This document shows positions 58,777 through 64,000 of a DNA stretch of 64,000 nt, piece by piece. The position numbers and the translations under genes were made by a program. The notes under the pieces were generated by a model that ran no database searches, was not told the origin of the DNA, and saw nothing but the letters and a program-made list of their open reading frames with translations. Source of the stretch: an uncultured Candidatus Saccharibacteria bacterium (GTDB taxonomy: Bacteria > Patescibacteriota > Minisyncoccia > Phycocordibacterales > CSBR16-119); contig CAZLAD010000003.1 in the NCBI GenBank assembly GCA_964557535.1, forward strand, positions 89,671-153,670, read 5' to 3'. Each line of letters opens with the position of its first letter. The first letter of the stretch is position 1.

Positions 58777-60660
58777 ATGAGTACAAATTTTAAGAAAATC
58801 GTAGCTTCTTTGGTTCTCGGAGTTGTCGTCCTTGCTGGCGCAGCACCTGCTAAGGCTGCTACTATCGCTGAATTGCAGGCAATGATTGCTACTTTGACAG
58901 CGCAGCTTGCTGCTTTGTCAGGTGGATCAACATCATCTGCTTGCTATACACACACAGGAACATTGATGGTTGGCTCAAAAGGAGCTTCTGTTATGGCTAT
59001 GCAATCAATCGTCGGCGCTACAGCTGACGGAAACTTTGGTCCTATGACTAAAGCTAAAGTCATGGCTTTCCAAGCTTCAAAAGGCTTGATGGCTGACGGC
59101 GTTGTTGGAGCTATGACAGGTGCAGCTCTAGCTGCTACTTGTTCAACACCAACACCAGGAACAACAAATCCAGTTGGATCAACTGATCTAGATGGAACTG
59201 ATGGTGCAATCCAACTTGTTACTGAGCTTACACAGTACGCTTCAGAAGAGGTTGGTGAAGGACAGGACGATGTAGAAGTTCTTGGTTTTGACCTTGAAAC
59301 TACAAACGATGGAGACATCCTCGTCCGATCAGTAAAGGTAAGTTTCGACCCAGCTGGAAACACTGGATCTGACAACCTTGATGATTACCTTACAAAGGTA
59401 TCAGTTTGGATGGATGGTGAAGAAGTTGGATCAGCAGACGTTGAGGACTTTTCACAGGACTCTTCTGACATCTGGTCTAAGGTCATTAACCTTTCAGACG
59501 CTGTTGTTCAGTCAGACTCAACAGAAGAATTCGTAGTTGCTGTTGATAGTGCAAACACTATCGACTCAGGCGATATCTCTGGAGACTCTTGGACAGTTGA
59601 TATCGAAAACATCCGATACGAAGATGGATCTGGAGTTGTCACAACTGACACTGATGGAGAAATCAACGGCATGGATGTTCCAATATCATTCGTTACATTC
59701 TCTGCTGCTTCTGATACAGAGCTAAAACTCTCTACTCATGAAGACAACCCAGAGGCTGGAATCGTTGTTGCTTCAAACACTGGAACAACTGACGACGTCC
59801 TACTTCTAAAGGGAGAACTTGAACTAGACGGTGATTCAGATGTTACTATCGATGAACTTCCAGTAACATTTGCTCCAACTACTTCAAACTTCAACACAAT
59901 GGTAACTTCAATCAAGCTCGTTCTTGATGGTGAAGAATACAGTGAATCAGTACCATCTATCGCAGCTGGTGCAACTGCATCTATTACTTTCAACGACCTT
60001 GATTTCACAATCGATGCCGGTGATACAGTAGTATTGGAAGTTATTGCAGAAATCGCTGATACAGATGACTTTACAGCTGGTTCAACAATCACAGCTTCAG
60101 TTACTTCAACTAACCGAGGTGCTATGGATGTTGAAAACGAGCAGGGTGATAACCTTGCCGCTGGCGAGAAGTCTGGAACTATCGGTGGTGAAGCTCTAGA
60201 ATTCCGTGCAAATGGAATCGTAGTTGATCTTATCGGTACACCTACAGCTACAAAGAGCTCAAGTGACTCAGATAACGGAGACACTGCTACATTTGAAATC
60301 AAATTCAAAGTAACAGCTGTTGGAGATGATATGTACATTGCAACAACAGCTTCTACGGCTGGCGCAATGAACAATCTTTACTCTGTTGACTACTCTGGTA
60401 CAGCCACACTTACAGATGTGTCTGGTGTTCTTACAAACAACACTGATGCTACTGTAACTTCTGGCTTGTATATGATCGATGAAGGTGAGAGTGAGAACTT
60501 TACTCTTACTGTTCTACGAAGTCCATCAGCTACGGATGATCTATTCCGAGCAGCTCTCACTTCAATCAAGTGGGATGATGAGGCCGGAGACACAACTCCA
60601 GATAACAACTACACTACAAACCTTGACGAATTCAAGACTGGCTACGTCGCTCTTGACTAA
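58777..60660 (+). CDS. Secreted peptidoglycan-binding, S-layer-like acidic protein
   Basis: Signal peptide; IAELQAMIA; ADGNFGPMTKAKV..FQ..GL.ADGVVG; strong codon bias; terminator at 60690-60724. Confidence 0.8.
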   Translation: MSTNFKKIVASLVLGVVVLAGAAPAKAATIAELQAMIATLTAQLAALSGGSTSSACYTHTGTLMVGSKGASVMAMQSIVGATADGNFGPMTKAKVMAFQASKGLMADGVVGAMTGAALAATCSTPTPGTTNPVGSTDLDGTDGAIQLVTELTQYASEEVGEGQDDVEVLGFDLETTNDGDILVRSVKVSFDPAGNTGSDNLDDYLTKVSVWMDGEEVGSADVEDFSQDSSDIWSKVINLSDAVVQSDSTEEFVVAVDSANTIDSGDISGDSWTVDIENIRYEDGSGVVTTDTDGEINGMDVPISFVTFSAASDTELKLSTHEDNPEAGIVVASNTGTTDDVLLLKGELELDGDSDVTIDELPVTFAPTTSNFNTMVTSIKLVLDGEEYSESVPSIAAGATASITFNDLDFTIDAGDTVVLEVIAEIADTDDFTAGSTITASVTSTNRGAMDVENEQGDNLAAGEKSGTIGGEALEFRANGIVVDLIGTPTATKSSSDSDNGDTATFEIKFKVTAVGDDMYIATTASTAGAMNNLYSVDYSGTATLTDVSGVLTNNTDATVTSGLYMIDEGESENFTLTVLRSPSATDDLFRAALTSIKWDDEAGDTTPDNNYTTNLDEFKTGYVALD

Positions 60661-60777
60661 CGTTACTGTTTGATAGCGTAAGCTGTTAAAAACAAAACCG
60701 CCCCGAAAGGGGCGGTTTTGTTTTGGGTAAAAAGAAATTTCGCCCCGCGTTTGACGCAGGGCGAAATTAAATTTGTG

Positions 60778-61464
60778 CTATGGTGTGTAGCAACATCGAA
60801 AGCGGGCAGCTACCAGTGCTGGATCTATGTGGGTACGTTCATTACATGTATTGCTCCCCCAAACCTGAACAGCCTCGTTTCCTCCGATGTCATCAGTCCA
60901 TTCCCAATTTCCGACCATGTCTTGAAGAGGGGCTGACGCATTGATGTTGTCGACTGTTAAGGTTGAGTTCCTGCAGGCATGGTGCCACTCACCCCAAGTA
61001 CAGAGCCTGGCACCGATACTCATGCATGTGTCGTTAGCGTCATATCCATCTGAAATCGTCCTCTCATTCACCTCAATGCAGTAATTCCTCCCCGGCACCC
61101 TTACAAATCCAGGAGGACATGTTAGGGCAGGCGGAGGATCAGTTGTGGCGAGCAATCTCACCCACTGGACGCCATCCCAGTAGTAATATCCCGGTGTGAC
61201 GTTTGTCGGTACTGTCCCGGCCGTAGCGGTATTGTAGACCAGGAGAGATGTTGCGGGAGCAACCACCGGAGCCGGGACGTTTGTCGCGGTGAGGGCGAGA
61301 CGCGGGATCAAAAGCCCCTTTTTGTCATTTGCTGGTAGAGCGTTTGCGTCGACATCTAGGAGTGCACTAGGGTTTGGTGCGCCACCATCAGGATTGATTC
61401 CGATGTTCTGAGTGTAGGCTTTGGTGCTCAGCACGAACAGGAGAAAGGAGAGCAAGGTTTTCAT
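60778..61464 (-). CDS. Secreted Bacteroidota-like protein with C-terminal FGE/C-type-lectin-like domain
   Basis: QNIGIN..P.PSALLDV..KGLLIPR..LLVYNT..PGYYYWDG; ARLCT..EW..AC..DMVGN.EW..FRCC. Confidence 0.7.
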   Translation of the reverse strand: MKTLLSFLLFVLSTKAYTQNIGINPDGGAPNPSALLDVDANALPANDKKGLLIPRLALTATNVPAPVVAPATSLLVYNTATAGTVPTNVTPGYYYWDGVQWVRLLATTDPPPALTCPPGFVRVPGRNYCIEVNERTISDGYDANDTCMSIGARLCTWGEWHHACRNSTLTVDNINASAPLQDMVGNWEWTDDIGGNEAVQVWGSNTCNERTHIDPALVAARFRCCYTP

Positions 61465-61560
61465 GTTGCTGGTTTTTGTGGTTCTTTTTCTCCTTCATTA
61501 TCTCAAATTATTGGTTTTTAACCAGCTTCCATTTTTCACAAAATTCGCTATACTTGACCT

Positions 61561-63579
61561 ATGTTTATAGAGGGAAAAAACAAGTTTGTAACGAAATTCA
61601 CCGAATGGGCACTGGTCATATTTATGGCTCTTTTCCCATTTGTTTTCTACATAAAATATCTTTATTACGGTACAGCATCACGATCTGTTAATTTGGTCAT
61701 TGTTGCTGAGATACTAGCCGTTGTTATAGGTCTCGTGCTTTTGTCTCGTGAGCGCAGGCTCAAGATTGCAAAATCTCCCATAACTATTGCATTATTTATT
61801 TTTCTAATAGCGCTCGTTATTTCGGCGTTTGCGGGAGTGGATTTCCATACTTCGTTTTGGTCTAGAGCAACGCGCATGACGGGAATATTTTATTTCTTGC
61901 ACATCGGTTTTTTCTATCTATGTCTTATGATGGTTTTACAGTCTGAAAAAGCCAAGAACGTACTTATAAAAACATTCTTGATATCTACCGCACTCTTTTC
62001 TGTGGGCGCTTTGTTGGGCAGAGATGGTCTCGGACTTATATTTTCTGAAAAGGCGTGGGAAGGATTTACGTTCGGTAACTCGAGTTTTGCTGCCATGTAT
62101 GTCTACGCTGCATTTATGCTTTCTTTTTATTATGTTTTTACTCTCGACGGTATAAAAAAGTGGTGGCACAAGCTTCTGCCTCTCGTCTATATCATTAATC
62201 CGTTTTTTATAAACAAGAATCTGTGGCTCGGCAAGATCAATGTTATCGATGATCCTCTTACAATTATCGGAGGTGCCCAAGCCTCAGCTGTAACTGCGAT
62301 TGTTTCTGTATGTGCGTTACTCGTCATTTATCTTATTTCAAAAATCAAATCTGTTAAGGCGCGGATGAGAACGTTTATCGTCGTGGCTGTGATTGGAGTA
62401 GCGGTGTTTGCCGGTGGCGTGTATTCATTTCTAACTCCTGGTCAATTCATTCACGAAGCATATTTAAACCAAGAAACCCCAGCGCGACCAATCGTCTGGG
62501 AATTATCAAAAAAATCCATATCAGAAAAGCCACTTCTCGGATGGGGGACCGATAACTTTGATCGAGCTTTTGAGGCAAATTATGACAATAGATTGTTGGA
62601 GCAGAAAAATGGTGCTGAGCCGTGGTTTGACCGCGCTCACAATATTTTTATAGATCAGACAGTAGAATCGGGTTATGTCGGTTTGGTCGCGTATCTCCTC
62701 GTGTATTTGGCTATTATCGTTTCAATGGGTTATGTCATGTGGAAGTCTTCGGATCGAAAAAACCAAGCTCTGGCCGCAGTGATAACGGTATATTTTGCCG
62801 GACACTTACTTGAACTTCAGACAGCCTTTGATACGAGTATTTCGTATGTTGCTGTGGTCTTTATGGCTGCCCTCGGAGCGTCGCTCTTTCATAAAGTCTA
62901 TGAAGAACACAAAAAAGAAAAGAGTGTAATTCTTGTGCCCGCTTTCGTAAGCCATGTCATTGGAGTAATCGTGATCACTGGTTTCGGATATTTGTTTGTC
63001 GTCGGTACAGTACCAATAGTAAGAGCAGAAAAAGCGAACGGCTATGTGCACGATATTGGTTCGAGTGAGAAACGTTTGGAAAGATATCCAGCACTATTTG
63101 GCTCGCCGGTTGATCCAGCCAGTTTCTTGTGGAGAACAGTATCAGATTTCCAACGAGGAATAGCTGAAAAGCCAGAAGTGTTAGAAGATCCGAAAAAGCG
63201 TGAGGCCTTTTTGAAAGAGGCAGAATTTTTCATAGCTCGATCTGAAGAATATCTTGCGCACAGGCCGGACGATTTCCGTATGCACTTAACGTTAGCCAAC
63301 ATGTATATCTATCAAAGGCTTTTAGGTGTCGATAATCTGGAAAAAGCGCACGAGGTATTAGATCGCGCTGAACAGTTGGTACCGAAATTCCCCCAAACAC
63401 ATTGGATGGATGCTGTGGCGTATTTATATCAAGCTAAATTCAAGCTCGCGCGCGATGCTGCTCGAAAGGCTTATGATTTAAATCCAGGTGTGGAGCAGAG
63501 CCGTAAAATTATCGATTACATTGAAACATCAACCAATACATTCCCTAACATAACCTTCTATAACTTCTGGCAGATTTAA
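61561..63579 (+). CDS. O-antigen ligase family membrane protein with C-terminal TPR
   Basis: R..VW......KPLLGWG..NF, DRAHN....E.G.VG; TPR-like tail. Confidence 0.88.
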   Translation: MFIEGKNKFVTKFTEWALVIFMALFPFVFYIKYLYYGTASRSVNLVIVAEILAVVIGLVLLSRERRLKIAKSPITIALFIFLIALVISAFAGVDFHTSFWSRATRMTGIFYFLHIGFFYLCLMMVLQSEKAKNVLIKTFLISTALFSVGALLGRDGLGLIFSEKAWEGFTFGNSSFAAMYVYAAFMLSFYYVFTLDGIKKWWHKLLPLVYIINPFFINKNLWLGKINVIDDPLTIIGGAQASAVTAIVSVCALLVIYLISKIKSVKARMRTFIVVAVIGVAVFAGGVYSFLTPGQFIHEAYLNQETPARPIVWELSKKSISEKPLLGWGTDNFDRAFEANYDNRLLEQKNGAEPWFDRAHNIFIDQTVESGYVGLVAYLLVYLAIIVSMGYVMWKSSDRKNQALAAVITVYFAGHLLELQTAFDTSISYVAVVFMAALGASLFHKVYEEHKKEKSVILVPAFVSHVIGVIVITGFGYLFVVGTVPIVRAEKANGYVHDIGSSEKRLERYPALFGSPVDPASFLWRTVSDFQRGIAEKPEVLEDPKKREAFLKEAEFFIARSEEYLAHRPDDFRMHLTLANMYIYQRLLGVDNLEKAHEVLDRAEQLVPKFPQTHWMDAVAYLYQAKFKLARDAARKAYDLNPGVEQSRKIIDYIETSTNTFPNITFYNFWQI

Positions 63580-63589
63580 AAATATCCTC

Positions 63590-64000
63590 ATGCACACTAA
63601 CAAACCGATTCTAGGATTAATCTTTACTAGAGGAATATCTCTCCAAATATGGGAAACCGTAGGGAACCTGTCCCGAGAGATAAAGCCGTACATTGAGCTT
63701 GCCAAAAGTTTTGAAAAAATTTATTTCTTCACGTATGGAAATAAAAAAGATCTTGCCTACAAGCATCTCTTGCCAGAGAATGTAAAAATAATTCCAAAAC
63801 CAGTCTTTATTCCTTCTGGGCTCTACGTGTTTTTGATGCCCATCGTGAAGCGTCAGTTGTTCAAAAAATTGCATATCATAAAAACGAACCAGATGGATGG
63901 TTCGTGGGCTGGAGTTATTGGAAAATTGTTGTTCAATAAAAAATTAGTTGTCAGGTGTGGGTATGAGTGGCTTGATTTCGTTATCCAGAGCAAACGTAGT
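63590..64000 (+). CDS. Glycosyltransferase (GT4-like), truncated by window end
   Basis: Translated by hand: MHTNKPILGLIFTRGISLQIWETVGNLSREIKPY..IKTNQMDGSW. Confidence 0.6.
   Translation, partial: MHTNKPILGLIFTRGISLQIWETVGNLSREIKPYIELAKSFEKIYFFTYGNKKDLAYKHLLPENVKIIPKPVFIPSGLYVFLMPIVKRQLFKKLHIIKTNQMDGSWAGVIGKLLFNKKLVVRCGYEWLDFVIQSKRS

Overview
Chromosomal segment of a Patescibacteria (CPR, Parcubacteria-like) genome using the standard code. The lineage call is inferred from CPR-typical gene families, few Shine-Dalgarno motifs, many apparently leaderless genes, and the absence of rplA after rplK. It holds translation genes (rpsL-rpsG-fusA, secE-nusG-rplK, rpsF-ssb-rpsR, argS, ileS, glyQS, metG, map), a thymidylate/nucleotide cluster (folA, dcd, thyA, glyA, PNP, HD hydrolase), recO, recA, ftsK, adk, ndk, a VirB4/TraD-like ATPase and several large surface proteins. 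Stand-alone orphan genes are scattered among these, two of them Bacteroidota-like. The most striking signal is non-coding: three families of short hairpin elements whose paired arms differ by compensatory changes between copies. Family A (5 copies) sits exactly on start codons: its last base supplies the A of the gene's ATG, and in four copies the original start is duplicated upstream. Family B (3 copies) has 4-bp target duplications, one copy on the argS stop codon and one in frame inside glyA. Family C is a three-way-junction element after rplK and rpsR. Also noted are an unassigned ~300-nt structured RNA candidate, a TGTCC motif array inside a wHTH gene, and a histidine-phosphatase domain inserted in IleRS. 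No CRISPR array, rRNA, tRNA or transposase was recognised.
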